64,000 nucleotides of DNA from an uncultured Candidatus Saccharibacteria bacterium (GCA_963527005.1 CAURPQ010000003.1:12486-76485), one strand, 5' to 3'. Shown: positions 46,626 through 57,359, counted from the stretch's first letter. Made by a program: numbers and translations. The notes: generated by a model from the letters alone, not told the origin.

Positions 46626-46969
46626 CGCTTTGCTCCTTTCTCAAGATTTTTTAGCGAAGTATTCAACATTTTGATACGATCTTTTAGTTCATCCACCAGC
46701 TGCACGCCAGTGTCGGTAAGCGAATAATATTTGCGCGGCGGCCCCTGCTCGCTCTCCTGCCATTCATGCTTGAGATAGCCATATTTCTGCAAGCGGCTGA
46801 GCAGCGGATAAATCGTACCCTCCACTACCATCAGGTCTGACTCGCTCATTTGCTTGACAATATCGCCAGTATATTGCGGCTGCTTAGCGCACACCAGCAA
46901 CACGCAATACACCAGGAAACCTTTGCGCAGCTGAATCGCCAAGCTTTCCGCGTAAGCACTAGCGTCCAT
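46622..46969 (-). CDS. PadR family transcriptional regulator
   Basis: QLRKG.L, EGTIYPLLSRL, GPPRKYYSLT. Confidence 0.95.
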   Translation of the reverse strand: MDASAYAESLAIQLRKGFLVYCVLLVCAKQPQYTGDIVKQMSESDLMVVEGTIYPLLSRLQKYGYLKHEWQESEQGPPRKYYSLTDTGVQLVDELKDRIKMLNTSLKNLEKGAKR

Positions 46970-47657
46970 GTTTTATCCCTCCTGGTACAGTTGATTTCTT
47001 GACGCGACCGTCTTTAATGATAATTTGATGATCGCATTTTTTCGCCAAATCAGCGTCGTGTGTCACCACAATCAACGTCACACCCTTTTGCTTATTATAA
47101 TCAAACAACAATTCTTCCACTTTCGCACCCGTTTCGCTATCCAAGTTGCCCGTCGGTTCATCGGCAAAAATGATTTGCGGATCACCGACAATTGCCCGGG
47201 CAATCGCCAAACGCTGCTTTTGCCCGCCCGACAAGTCTTTGGCACGATTCTTGCGCTTATCGTACAGATCTACTGCCCTGAGCGCCGCGTTGATTTTATG
47301 CGCTCGCTTTTTCCGTGGCAGCCGCGCAATTTCCAGCGGCAAACTAACATTATCAATCACGCTCTCATTGCCCTGAACAAAAAAGCTCTGGAAGATAAAG
47401 CCAATTTTCTTGGCGCGGAATTCATCGACACGCTTTGACTTTAGCTGCAAGATGTCTTGCCCGTCGATGATCACCTGACCATGCTGTGGGCTGTCCAGCC
47501 CAGAGATCGCGTGCATCAGCGTCGATTTTCCAGAACCAGATTTGCCGAGGATCGCCACGCTCGCGCCCGTCGGAATATTCAAGCTGACATTTTTCAGCGC
47601 CGTAAATTGGTTTTTCTTTTTGCCATAAATTTTCGTCACATTCTTTAGTTCAATCAT
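46959..47657 (-). CDS. ABC transporter ATP-binding protein (LolD/MacB type)
   Basis: [26 protein letters not shown]. Confidence 0.95.
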   Translation of the reverse strand: MIELKNVTKIYGKKKNQFTALKNVSLNIPTGASVAILGKSGSGKSTLMHAISGLDSPQHGQVIIDGQDILQLKSKRVDEFRAKKIGFIFQSFFVQGNESVIDNVSLPLEIARLPRKKRAHKINAALRAVDLYDKRKNRAKDLSGGQKQRLAIARAIVGDPQIIFADEPTGNLDSETGAKVEELLFDYNKQKGVTLIVVTHDADLAKKCDHQIIIKDGRVKKSTVPGGIKHGR

Positions 47658-47667
47658 GATATTTCTC

Positions 47668-48966
47668 CTATTCCGTCCTTAATGCCTCAATTGGGTCTAA
47701 TTTTGTTGCTTTGCGGCTTGGTAACCAGCCAGAAATTATTGCCATCACCACCAGTCCGACCACCAATAATCCAATTTGTAATGGATCTATAACCAGCAAA
47801 TTCGTTCCTGCACTCAACTTCAGAACCTTGGCAATAACTGGGTTCAGCAGCGTCACTAAGCTCGCCAGCCCGACGCCAATCAAGCCGCCTAACAAACCAA
47901 CCCACGCTGCCTCATAGCGGAATAATTTACCGATATCGCGGCCGCGCATCCCCAGCGCCTTCATTAAACCAATTTGGCTGGTACGCTCCAACACTGAAAT
48001 ATACATAGTGTTAATAATCCCGAACACACTGGCCAGCAGCGCCAAGCCGCCGAATCCTGCCAGCGCCATCTGTGCTGTATTAACCATAGTTAGCAACGTT
48101 TTTCGAATATCCTGAATTGAGTAAGCGCTGTAATCTTTACTAATTTCGTCTTTTACAACATCAATATTTTTCTCGTCATCAACTGTCACAATCGCCGTTG
48201 AATATTCATTTGGCTGGCTTTTGTCATGGCTAAATTCGTAAATAGCTTTAGCATCAGCCGTCGAAATCCTCAGTGTTGGCTGATAATACAAAATCGTATC
48301 CGACTCCTTATCAACCGCCGCGATTTTTAGTACCATCTCTTTGGCAACCTCGCTGCCTTGTGCTGCACTGCGCACACCCAAGGTAATCGTCTGTCCAATC
48401 GCCGACTGCGCATCTTTGAAGCCCAACTGCTGCACATAAGCATTCGGAATAATAATCTCGCCTGGCTTTGGCATAAAATTATCCAGCTTACCCGCCGCCA
48501 ATTCCGCCCGAGTTTTATCAGCCTTTACTGCTATTTCCAAGGCAAATTTCTTACCATTGCCCGAACTCTGAGCGTACGCCACGCCGTCGGTTGAATACGC
48601 CGGAGTAACCGTTTGTATATGCGAAATTTTTCGCAGTTTAGCAAGGTCGGCGTCGCTCATTGAATATTTGCTGCGCCACGCCGCCTCCTCTTTTTTCGCT
48701 TGGTCTTCTTCTGACTCTTTTGGTGCGCCGTATTCCGGCAATTCATCCTTCTTGCTAGATTCAGCCTTTTTATTGACCATAATCACTTTTTTGTCGCCAG
48801 CCGCATCAACCATACTATTGGTGTATAACCGACCACCCTCGCCAGCCATCAGCGCCAAGCCAATTGTAAACGCTCCGACGGAAATCGCCAATGCCGTCAA
48901 AATCGTCCGACCTTTCGACTGGCGAAGATTCCGCCCCGCCCGTTTAATGATATCAACTCTTCTCAT
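47668..48966 (-). CDS. ABC transporter permease (MacB/FtsX-like)
   Basis: GIINTMYISVLERT..IG.MKALG; LDPIEALRTE. Confidence 0.93.
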   Translation of the reverse strand: MRRVDIIKRAGRNLRQSKGRTILTALAISVGAFTIGLALMAGEGGRLYTNSMVDAAGDKKVIMVNKKAESSKKDELPEYGAPKESEEDQAKKEEAAWRSKYSMSDADLAKLRKISHIQTVTPAYSTDGVAYAQSSGNGKKFALEIAVKADKTRAELAAGKLDNFMPKPGEIIIPNAYVQQLGFKDAQSAIGQTITLGVRSAAQGSEVAKEMVLKIAAVDKESDTILYYQPTLRISTADAKAIYEFSHDKSQPNEYSTAIVTVDDEKNIDVVKDEISKDYSAYSIQDIRKTLLTMVNTAQMALAGFGGLALLASVFGIINTMYISVLERTSQIGLMKALGMRGRDIGKLFRYEAAWVGLLGGLIGVGLASLVTLLNPVIAKVLKLSAGTNLLVIDPLQIGLLVVGLVVMAIISGWLPSRKATKLDPIEALRTE

Positions 48967-48991
48967 GCTATGCTCCTTGTATTTTCATTAT

Positions 48992-49016
48992 ACATAGTAC
49001 TATGTTATACAAGGTA
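48992..49016. promoter_or_regulatory. Candidate PadR operator
   Basis: Palindromes ACATAGTACTATGT (48992-49005) and TACTATGTTATACAAGGTA (48998-49016) upstream of the PadR-containing operon. Confidence 0.6.
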
Positions 49017-49064
49017 TTATAAAAAGTCAAGTACTTTTGGCTAATTCACTACCTAAATAACTGT

Positions 49065-49655
49065 CTACCCCTTAGATTTCTTCGATTTTTTAGTTTTCTT
49101 CTTTTTAGATTTATTCTTCGGCTTTACCAGCTTGGCGGCACTATAATCTATATAATCTTCGTCTATTACATCTGCCATATACATCGCTGCATCATAAAAC
49201 ATTGGATCGCCCCATACGGCAATATCTCCATTTTCATCATAGTCAACAACCGCCGCAATTATCACTTGATGTTGTCTACTATCAAGCTCTTCCCACGCCT
49301 CTTCTTGGTCCGTAAAATCAATTTCTTTCGCTCTATCGACAATGTCAAATCGCCCATTATACCATCGGCAATCTGCCACGATTCCCTGCTGCAACTCTCC
49401 TTTGTCATTTCGCACCCACACGCTCGTAAATATGACCGTTTCGTCATCTGACGGATCAGCCACCTCAAGCGGCTTTACCGGCTGCCGCGCATCAACAGCC
49501 AATCTATCCTGTGCCTTATCAATATACATCACCTCTTGCGGCTCAACAAACGACTCAATATCGAGTTCGCATGGCGTTTCAACTGGCAACGTCTCAATCG
49601 TTATTTGCCGCAACCGCTCAGGCACACCGCCAGTTTCATAATTCTTATTAGACAC
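49065..49655 (-). CDS. Acidic hypothetical protein with Lys-rich tail
   Basis: 196-aa ORF; GTG start with SD GAGGGAG. Confidence 0.7.
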   Translation of the reverse strand: MSNKNYETGGVPERLRQITIETLPVETPCELDIESFVEPQEVMYIDKAQDRLAVDARQPVKPLEVADPSDDETVIFTSVWVRNDKGELQQGIVADCRWYNGRFDIVDRAKEIDFTDQEEAWEELDSRQHQVIIAAVVDYDENGDIAVWGDPMFYDAAMYMADVIDEDYIDYSAAKLVKPKNKSKKKKTKKSKKSKG

Positions 49656-49728
49656 AGTTCATCTCCCTCTGTCCACCGCTGCATTATTAATATCTAATCA
49701 TTTTTCAGTATATCACGGACCTATCAGT

Positions 49729-50682
49729 TTATTCCTCATCATATTCATCCTCAATCTCCTGGTCTAAAATCTCTTCAATCACGTCCTCCAGCGTTATAAT
49801 CCCCAGCTCCCTCTCGTCATCCATCACCACAAACAAATGATTGCGAGTTTGGATAAATCGGCTTAGCACCGTGTCCAGCCGCGACCGCGCGTCAATGTCA
49901 TGAATCTTATCGCGGTACAGTTGACTGACTGGCAGCGGCAGCTCGCGCCCCGCCACATCTTTGACGTATAAAATCCCCGCCAGCCGCCCATCAGCCCGCA
50001 CTGGGATCCGCGAATGTCCAGCGTGTTTGATCTGGGCCAGCAGCGTCGCGTCCAGCTCATCATCCAACTCCACGGTAAATACCTCACTCATCGGCGTCAC
50101 CAAATCACCAGCTGTCTTTTTACTAAATTGCAGGGCTCCCGAAGCAATCCGGCTTTCATCATAGTCAACTGGGCTGTCCGACCGCTCAGCATGCTCGTGA
50201 ATAATCTGCTCCAACTCCTGATGTGAATACAGCTGCGGCGTTTCCTTGCCTAGCCAGCGGTTCAGCAGCTTCGACATCGGCCGAGCCAGCGGCCAAAATA
50301 ACACATAAATCACATCCAGCAGCCAAAAGAAATGCCGCACAAAACGATAGCCGCGCTGAGTAAAAATCGCTTGCGGCAAAATCTCACCAAACATAGTGAT
50401 CAGCAGCGTGGCGATCAACCCGCCAATCACGCCGTTCGTCATATTACCCAGCAAAATCGACATCGCCGTATTAACGCCAACGTTACCCAGCAAAATACAA
50501 AAGATCAGATAATATCCATCTTTGCGGTAGCGGTAGACTCGTGCAGCGATTGCGTCGCCCTGCCGGGCCTTGCGCCGCAAATCATCCGGCCGTGCCATCA
50601 TCAACCCAATATTAAGACCTGAAAACGACCCCGACAGCACCAGCAGCACCGCCGCCATCGCCAATAATAAAATATCAGACAC
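49729..50682 (-). CDS. CNNM/DUF21-CBS domain protein
   Basis: FSGLNIGLM, LLGNVGVN, FGEILPQA, HSRIPV, GIITLEDVIEEI. Confidence 0.92.
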   Translation of the reverse strand: MSDILLLAMAAVLLVLSGSFSGLNIGLMMARPDDLRRKARQGDAIAARVYRYRKDGYYLIFCILLGNVGVNTAMSILLGNMTNGVIGGLIATLLITMFGEILPQAIFTQRGYRFVRHFFWLLDVIYVLFWPLARPMSKLLNRWLGKETPQLYSHQELEQIIHEHAERSDSPVDYDESRIASGALQFSKKTAGDLVTPMSEVFTVELDDELDATLLAQIKHAGHSRIPVRADGRLAGILYVKDVAGRELPLPVSQLYRDKIHDIDARSRLDTVLSRFIQTRNHLFVVMDDERELGIITLEDVIEEILDQEIEDEYDEE

Positions 50683-50684
50683 GG

Positions 50685-52438
50685 TTACCAGCCGCCGCCT
50701 CCGCCGCCGCCTCCGCCTCCGCCAACGAAGCCGCCGCCAGTTGAGCCGCCAGAGGTCGAAGAGTAATCACTGGCACTACTAGCCACGCTTGACAAGCTGT
50801 TCATTCCAGCCGCAAATGCCGCCGCATTAAACGCACCCTGGCCGCTGTACCAATCCGGCTGCTCGCCAGCCTGCTCATAGTACTTACCCAGCTGCGCACT
50901 CCACTCTTTTTCCTGCCCAAACAACACCGCGTACGGTAATACCCGCTCATACAACTTCACCAGCTGTTTCTCATCAGCCGTATCAATCTTCACTTTTTCC
51001 GCGCCCTCAGGACTCTGAAGCATTTGTAAACGCTCGACCTCAGCCGCACCAATATACATCTTTAACCCTGACAAATACCGTCTGAGCGCCAAACCCTCAT
51101 CAGTCAGCGACCAACCAAACGATAATGAAAATAACATTGCTGCCACTGCCAGTAAAAGCGGCGACAGCAGCAATACACCAATAATACCAATCTCCAGCGC
51201 CCATCTTTGTACGGCTCGTTTATTAGCTGGCTTTTGCTCGCACAAACCATATTTGCCGCATACCAAATTCTTCAAATTCCTATCATCATCGCGTGTCCGT
51301 GCCGCATATGACACACTATTCTGCAGTTTTTCAGATTTAGCCGCTGGCCTGGATTTGGCATCGACGAGCCAAACATATCCCTAACAACCTCAGACTCTTC
51401 AGGCCTCAGCTCTTTCAAATCTTTAACAATTTCAATTTCGTACTGCGCCGACCGCAAAAATGACGCTTTCTTCACTTCATATAACTTGATATAGTGCCGC
51501 ACCGCCAAGTCCAGCATCTGAGCTACCTTTGCCGAACCCTTAACCATCAAGGCGTCATATTTCTTCAGGATATACGCTGAAGCCAGCACGCTCGCTTGAT
51601 TCGGCGGTAGATATTCTGGCGGAATTGGCTTTAGTTCATTTTTCCTACCAAACAACCGCCGATATCGCCAACTGCACCAGATCATCAAAATAACCGCCAA
51701 AATACTTGCTGGTATCTGTACCATTGCCCAAATTTTTATCAGTCTTTCAATCAACGACTCCTGATATCCAGCAAACGTACCGCTATTAAAACCGACCGCC
51801 ATCGTCACACCTTCCCGGCGATTCAGCCGGCTCACATTCGTAACAGTCTCACCCTTATCACCACTGACATTGCACCGTTTAGTTGAGCCGTACCTGCCGA
51901 CATAACAGAATAGTTCGCCGCGCTGCGCTGCCTGAAGCGACCGGTCAATTTTCATTGAGACTCGCACATTTTCCATTGGTACGCGCCATTCATTACCGAT
52001 GACGTCCCAGTAAAACTCATCGCGACCCGTATCTTTATAATGCTTGGTCACGTCGCGCTGGGTAAACTTGATGATATAGGTTTTTTCACCTCTGACGTAG
52101 GTGTCCTTATCACCAATCCGCAGCTCATTACCATTCCAAGAATGCTTCAGCGACGTGCCCTGCTCATCAGTCACCGACTTTATAGAAAAACTCGTTGGAT
52201 GCCCATCATAATTTTTCACAAATATCGGCGCGATACCGTGATTTTGATTCGGCGGAAAATTAGCAGTAATTCGCCACGTCGCCGCCAAAGTTGAACGATT
52301 CTCGCCGTCGCGGCCCAATGAATATTCCGCATCAAACTTGGTAATCGTAAAATTATCCGTCTGCGCCGCAAACGCCGACTGGCCAGATCCAATCAACAGA
52401 GATCCAGCGATTAGTATCCCCAATATAAGTCGCTTCAT
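50685..52438 (-). pseudogene. DUF2207-family membrane protein split at an A5 run
   Basis: One extra A at 51327-51331 joins both ORFs (LKKLQNSVSYAAR); YERVLPYAVLFG; Gly-rich GGGGGW end. Confidence 0.75.
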
Positions 52439-52536
52439 ACGCCTATTATACCAGGAAAAATCTTAAAAGAAGCAACAATTTACCTTACCCCAACCTGTTA
52501 AATCGTAAAAACATCATATTATGGTATAATAAAAAA

Positions 52537-53932
52537 ATGCGTTATAAAACGACTACCAGAATCCCGTTCGAGTTGCCTTCCTCTAGTAAACAAGACCTCT
52601 CAGATGCACCCAAGGACAGTACTGAGGCTGCTGTTGCTTTCTATACCGACAAGCGTGCTAGCAATACGCTACCCTCAGATATATACCCTTACCGACTTTG
52701 ACGAATTAAAACGTTACATACAGGTACGAAGCGACTATATGCAGAAACAAATTCGCTCCAACCAAGAAAAAATTGAGCCAATTAGCAAACAACCTGCCAA
52801 CACTGGCATGACGATTTGTGTACCGGTAGCAATTCGGCACGAAACACCAGAAACGATTGAGCGGCTAATGAAGCAATTAACGGCAGCAAGTGCTGGCGTT
52901 GAAAATGGTATCCACGTCGTTGTTTGGGCGAACGCCAAAGCCACGCCCTCCCAAAAACAATTTACGCAAAAACAGTGTAAACCGCTATACGACCGCTTGC
53001 GTCAACAATTCACGAGCTTCAACTCAGATGCGATGACAATTAGCACGGCATTTGAAGTTATCTGCACCGACGGCTTTATTATGAATGTCGTTCGTAATAA
53101 TTTCATGGAGGCTGTCATCGCGCGACTCATGGATGGCGAGATCGACATTGACCACCCTATATTATGGCTTGATGCCGACACAACTCGCATCCGTCCCAAC
53201 ACGCTACGAACGGTTCAACAAGATATCAAAAAGCATCCTTTCGGATTTTGCCATCCCGACATTGATTATTCGCTGGAATGGCTTGAAGGGATTCGTCCGC
53301 AAGATTGGGACGCATACAGTAAGCTTTTGTTTGTGGACGAAATGGCACGACGCGCTTTCAGAAGAGTGGCTTGCCAGCGGTTTAGCTCTGAAAATTCAAT
53401 CGAAGATCGAATTTATGCGGAAGAAAGCGGACTGGCATTTCCTCTTTCTACATATCTGGCATCGGGCGGTCTTTATCCAGAAGACTTAATGGGTGAAAGT
53501 TCTCATTTACGACGACGCTATATGAGATATGGAGCAAAATTTCTTAGAGAACTATATAGACCAGAGATAACTAACCCGCATCTGGATGATATACGGTGGC
53601 TAGATACCCCAGGTATCGGTATCGAAACTTCAGCTCGCCGCGTTCATCACGCCCTACATAAACAGCCTATCGGAAGTACTACTTTTAGTCGTGCACAAGA
53701 CGCCAATTATACCTTATCAACAGAGCAAGAAGAATTTTTACATGATCAAGCGCCTAACACCGACAGAATAGAAACCCTAGCTCGCATTATTCTCACAAGA
53801 AAACGAGGCGTCGCAGATAAAGAATTGCAGCAGGACGCTAGAAAACGCGTCGAAAGGATGCTTAGAAACCGCGCTCTCGGTTTTAACCTGCCAGAAGAAT
53901 TCTTTAAGAATATCTCAACTTATGAAGACTAA
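52537..53932 (+). pseudogene. GT-A fold glycosyltransferase-like orphan; leaderless start at 52537 is out of frame with the main ORF 52604-53932
   Basis: TGGTATAAT-6nt-ATG at 52537 stops at 52701; main frame has ICVPVA, ILWLDADT (DxD) and ETSARR; the gene may instead be intact from an internal start. Confidence 0.55.
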
Positions 53933-53956
53933 TAGCAGGGCTGGAGGTTCTTATTA

Positions 53957-55459
53957 CTACAACTTCACCTCTGGATAAATTGCCCGCGTCGTCTCATCAA
54001 TCTCGTGACGCAACTGCGGAAATGGTACGCCCTCGCGGGCAGTTACGCCCTCAAAAATCCAAAACACCCGCTCAGAGTAACCCCAGCCACAAGCTGGCGG
54101 CATACCGTATTCCAGCATCTCGACATAATCAATGTCTAGCATCATCGCCTCATCATCACCTGCGTCACGCATCTTTTGCTGCTCAACAAAGCGGTTCAGC
54201 TGATCAATCGGATCATTCAACTCCGAAAAGCCATTGCCCAGCTCTGAGCCAGCAATCACCGGTTGGAAACGCTCCACCGTCTGAGGATTCTCGGGGTTAG
54301 TCTTAGACAGCGGACTGATAAACTTCGGCGTATTGACCAACCACACCGGCCCAGCCACATCTTTACGAATATTCTTCCACAATTTATCAATACCGCGCGG
54401 GATGGAATCGGTCTTCTCCACTTCCAAACCATACTCTTTCAGCTTGGCAGCCACCTCCTCAATCGTTGTATCGTACACGTCAATCCCATAGTGCTTGCGA
54501 ATAACTTCAGCATAATCCCAAACTTCCCACTCACCGCTCATATCAACATTAAATTTACCCAGCTGAAATTGCAGCGTACTAAACGTTTCCTGCAGAACAT
54601 ATTTATACATATCCTCCATGAAGTGCATACCAGCTCGCCAGTCCCAATACGCGGCATACCACTCCATAGCGATGTGCTCTGGCAAATGCTCATCGGAATA
54701 ATTCTCATTGCGAAAACGCGGCCCGAGGTCATAAACCTTCTCAAACCCAGCGCCAACCAATCGCTTCAGCGGCAGCTCGTGAGAAATGCGTAGGTAAAAC
54801 TGCTGATTATCCAACGCATCCATATGTGTCACAAATGGGTTAGCATCGGCACCACCAGTCGTGTGTTCCAGAACTGGTACATTCACCTCAGTAAAGCCGT
54901 GCTGGTTAAGATAGTCACGCGTCGCCTGCCAAAACTTGCTACGGCGAACAAACCGCTGACGCACTTCTGGATTGACATTCATATCGACATAGCGGCGACG
55001 GAAACGCTCTTCTTTGTTCTCCAATTTCTCTGGCATCGGCCGCAGTGACTTAGTTAATAACCGCAGCTCACGTACGCCAACCGACTTTTCGCCAGTCTGC
55101 GTTGTCGTCATCACTCCGCGCGCCTCGATAAAATCGCCCGTGTCCAGAAGCTTCAGCTGTTTCATGCCCAACACGCCGCGGCTAACGTCCAATTCCGCCA
55201 CATCGTCGCGCTGCAAATATAGCTGCACCTCACCAGACTGATCGCGCAGCTTAATGAAGGCTAGTTTGCCAAAACTACGAATCGACACTATACGCCCTGC
55301 GACCACCACTTCTTGACCCGCCAGTTTATCATAGCGCACCAAAACCTCGCCGCAGCCATGCGTCCGCTCCGACCGCGCCGGATACGGATCAACGCCTAGT
55401 TCACGCAGGGTTTCTAATTTTCGCAAACGTTCATTTCGGTAATCTTGTAATGTCGCCAT
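53957..55459 (-). CDS. lysS: Lysine--tRNA ligase (class II)
   Basis: GGADANPF.TH, YLRISHELPLKRL, FRNE, ELGNGFSELNDP, EYGMPP. Confidence 0.97.
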   Translation of the reverse strand: MATLQDYRNERLRKLETLRELGVDPYPARSERTHGCGEVLVRYDKLAGQEVVVAGRIVSIRSFGKLAFIKLRDQSGEVQLYLQRDDVAELDVSRGVLGMKQLKLLDTGDFIEARGVMTTTQTGEKSVGVRELRLLTKSLRPMPEKLENKEERFRRRYVDMNVNPEVRQRFVRRSKFWQATRDYLNQHGFTEVNVPVLEHTTGGADANPFVTHMDALDNQQFYLRISHELPLKRLVGAGFEKVYDLGPRFRNENYSDEHLPEHIAMEWYAAYWDWRAGMHFMEDMYKYVLQETFSTLQFQLGKFNVDMSGEWEVWDYAEVIRKHYGIDVYDTTIEEVAAKLKEYGLEVEKTDSIPRGIDKLWKNIRKDVAGPVWLVNTPKFISPLSKTNPENPQTVERFQPVIAGSELGNGFSELNDPIDQLNRFVEQQKMRDAGDDEAMMLDIDYVEMLEYGMPPACGWGYSERVFWIFEGVTAREGVPFPQLRHEIDETTRAIYPEVKL

Positions 55460-55520
55460 AACAGAGATAATTATATCACACTCACTTGAGCCATGAACCG
55501 ATGAAAACTAAAAGCCGTCT

Positions 55521-55976
55521 TTATGATATCGACTTAACAATATAAACCATCTCTGCCTTCGGCGTCTTAATCTTCACCTCGTCGCCAACTTTCTTACCCA
55601 TCAACTCCTTGCCAATTGGCGATTCGTTAGAAATCTTACCCGCCAAAGGATCAGCTTCCACCGGCCCAACCACCGTGTAAGTAACCGTCTTAGCAGCGGA
55701 CTGCAGCTCTACTGCGCTTCCTAAAACCACCGCCGAGCCATCACTCGACTGAATTATCTCGGCATTCTGCAAAATCTCTTCAATTTCAGCAATCCTAGTC
55801 TCGACCAGGCCCTGCTCTTTACGGGCAGCATCATATTCTGCATTCTCCCTCAAGTCGCCAAAATCACGCGCAACTGCAATTTTCTCGGCAATCTCGCCGC
55901 GCCGGCTTTTTAGATCTGTCAATTCTACCTCTAAATCACCCTTGCCTTTTTCTGTAATCTGGTACGTCTTTTTCAT
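55521..55976 (-). CDS. greA: Transcription elongation factor GreA
   Basis: GDLRENAEYDAA; ISNESPIGK.L.GKKVGD. Confidence 0.96.
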   Translation of the reverse strand: MKKTYQITEKGKGDLEVELTDLKSRRGEIAEKIAVARDFGDLRENAEYDAARKEQGLVETRIAEIEEILQNAEIIQSSDGSAVVLGSAVELQSAAKTVTYTVVGPVEADPLAGKISNESPIGKELMGKKVGDEVKIKTPKAEMVYIVKSIS

Positions 55977-55990
55977 TAGATTCCCCTTAA

Positions 55991-56038
55991 CTTTCATATA
56001 TAGCGTACATAGTCAATGAAAAACACTATATATAGCGT
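55991..56038. promoter_or_regulatory. Tandem NrdR-like boxes in the greA leader
   Basis: CTTTCATATATAGCGT at 55991-56006 and ACACTATATATAGCGT at 56023-56038, 32 bp apart; promoter TTGACA-N17-TATACT upstream at about 56064-56092. Confidence 0.55.
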
Positions 56039-56096
56039 TCATTTACCTTTTCAATCCCTACGAGTATACCAATCACCGCCTAGGCTGTCAATGCTC

Positions 56097-57347
56097 TTAC
56101 TTCTCCAAACAAAACTTGACCAGCTGCTGGTAATCCAATTTCTTCGTCTCGCCAGTCGCCCGCTCGGTTAGCTCAAACAGTCCGTCGCCATCAATTGCCC
56201 GATCGCTAATCGTAATCCGCCACGGCAGCCCCATCAGCTCGGCGTCAGCAAATTTCACGCCAGGCCGCTCGTCCCGGTCATCCAGCAGCACTTCCACACC
56301 TTTGCCAGCCAGCTCAGCGTACAGTTTATCCGTCAATTCCCGGCCCTTTTCGCCGATTGACACCACATGGACCTTAAATGGCGCAATATTTTCTGACCAG
56401 ACTAGTCCTTTATCATCAGCAAAGTGTTCTGCAAGCAGCCCCATTACCCGGCTAGGACCAATGCCGTAACTACCCATAAACACTTTCTGAACATGCCCTT
56501 GTTCATCGGTATACACCAAATCAAGCGCTTCAGAAAACTTAGTGCCAAGCGTAAAAATATTGCCGACCTCTACCGCTTTTTTCTCCACCAGCTCATCCGC
56601 CGCTATCCCCAAGTCAGCCAGTACCTCGTCGGTGTACACTTCCTGATTGATGGCAATTTTTTTACCTTCATGCACATAAATCGTGTCCTCGCCGACGTCC
56701 GACAATGTCTGAAATTCGTGGCTATATTTAGAGAAGCTACCGCCGGAAGCAAATGTCTTATAAGTAATATCGCCAATTCCAAGCCGTTCGTAAATCCGCC
56801 CGTAAGCCTGAGAGATAATCTCATAAAATTCATCATGCTCTGCCCGGTTCCGCGAAAACGAGTACAGATCTTTCATTAAAAACTCGCGCCCGCGCATCAA
56901 ACCCGATTTTGATCGCAGTTCATTGCGGAACTTGATTTGAAATTGATACGGATAGCATGGCAAATCCTTATAGCTGGCGATAAATCCGCGCATCATCTTC
57001 GTAATCGGCTCTTCATGCGTCGGCGCCAAGCCCAACTCCGAACCGTTGGCAAGCCGAGTCTTGAACCATACATCCATCACCTCGTCGTCCCAGCGCCCAG
57101 ACGCTTGCCACGTCTCGCGCGATTGCAGCGCCGTCAAACTGACCTCGTTGCCGCCGATAGCATTCATTTCCTCGCGGATAATCTGCACAATATTGTCCAG
57201 CACACGCTTGCCCAGCGGCAAATATGCGTATACGCCCGCCATCTCTTTATAAATAAACCCTGCCTGGATAAGCAACTGCGCGTTTTTAGAGACTTCTTCC
57301 GCTGGCGCAGTTTTGTTTGTCTTGGTAAAAAGTTGGCTCATCCGCAT
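56097..57347 (-). CDS. proS: Proline--tRNA ligase (short form, no editing insertion)
   Basis: MRMSQLF, APTHEE, KFRNELR...GLMRGREF.MKD.YSF, MGSYGIG.SR. Confidence 0.96.
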   Translation of the reverse strand: MRMSQLFTKTNKTAPAEEVSKNAQLLIQAGFIYKEMAGVYAYLPLGKRVLDNIVQIIREEMNAIGGNEVSLTALQSRETWQASGRWDDEVMDVWFKTRLANGSELGLAPTHEEPITKMMRGFIASYKDLPCYPYQFQIKFRNELRSKSGLMRGREFLMKDLYSFSRNRAEHDEFYEIISQAYGRIYERLGIGDITYKTFASGGSFSKYSHEFQTLSDVGEDTIYVHEGKKIAINQEVYTDEVLADLGIAADELVEKKAVEVGNIFTLGTKFSEALDLVYTDEQGHVQKVFMGSYGIGPSRVMGLLAEHFADDKGLVWSENIAPFKVHVVSIGEKGRELTDKLYAELAGKGVEVLLDDRDERPGVKFADAELMGLPWRITISDRAIDGDGLFELTERATGETKKLDYQQLVKFCLEK

Positions 57348-57359
57348 AATTTTCCTCCT

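Noticed and set aside
50688..50750. GCC-type trinucleotide repeat
   Set aside because: Encodes the normal Gly-rich C-terminus of DUF2207 proteins
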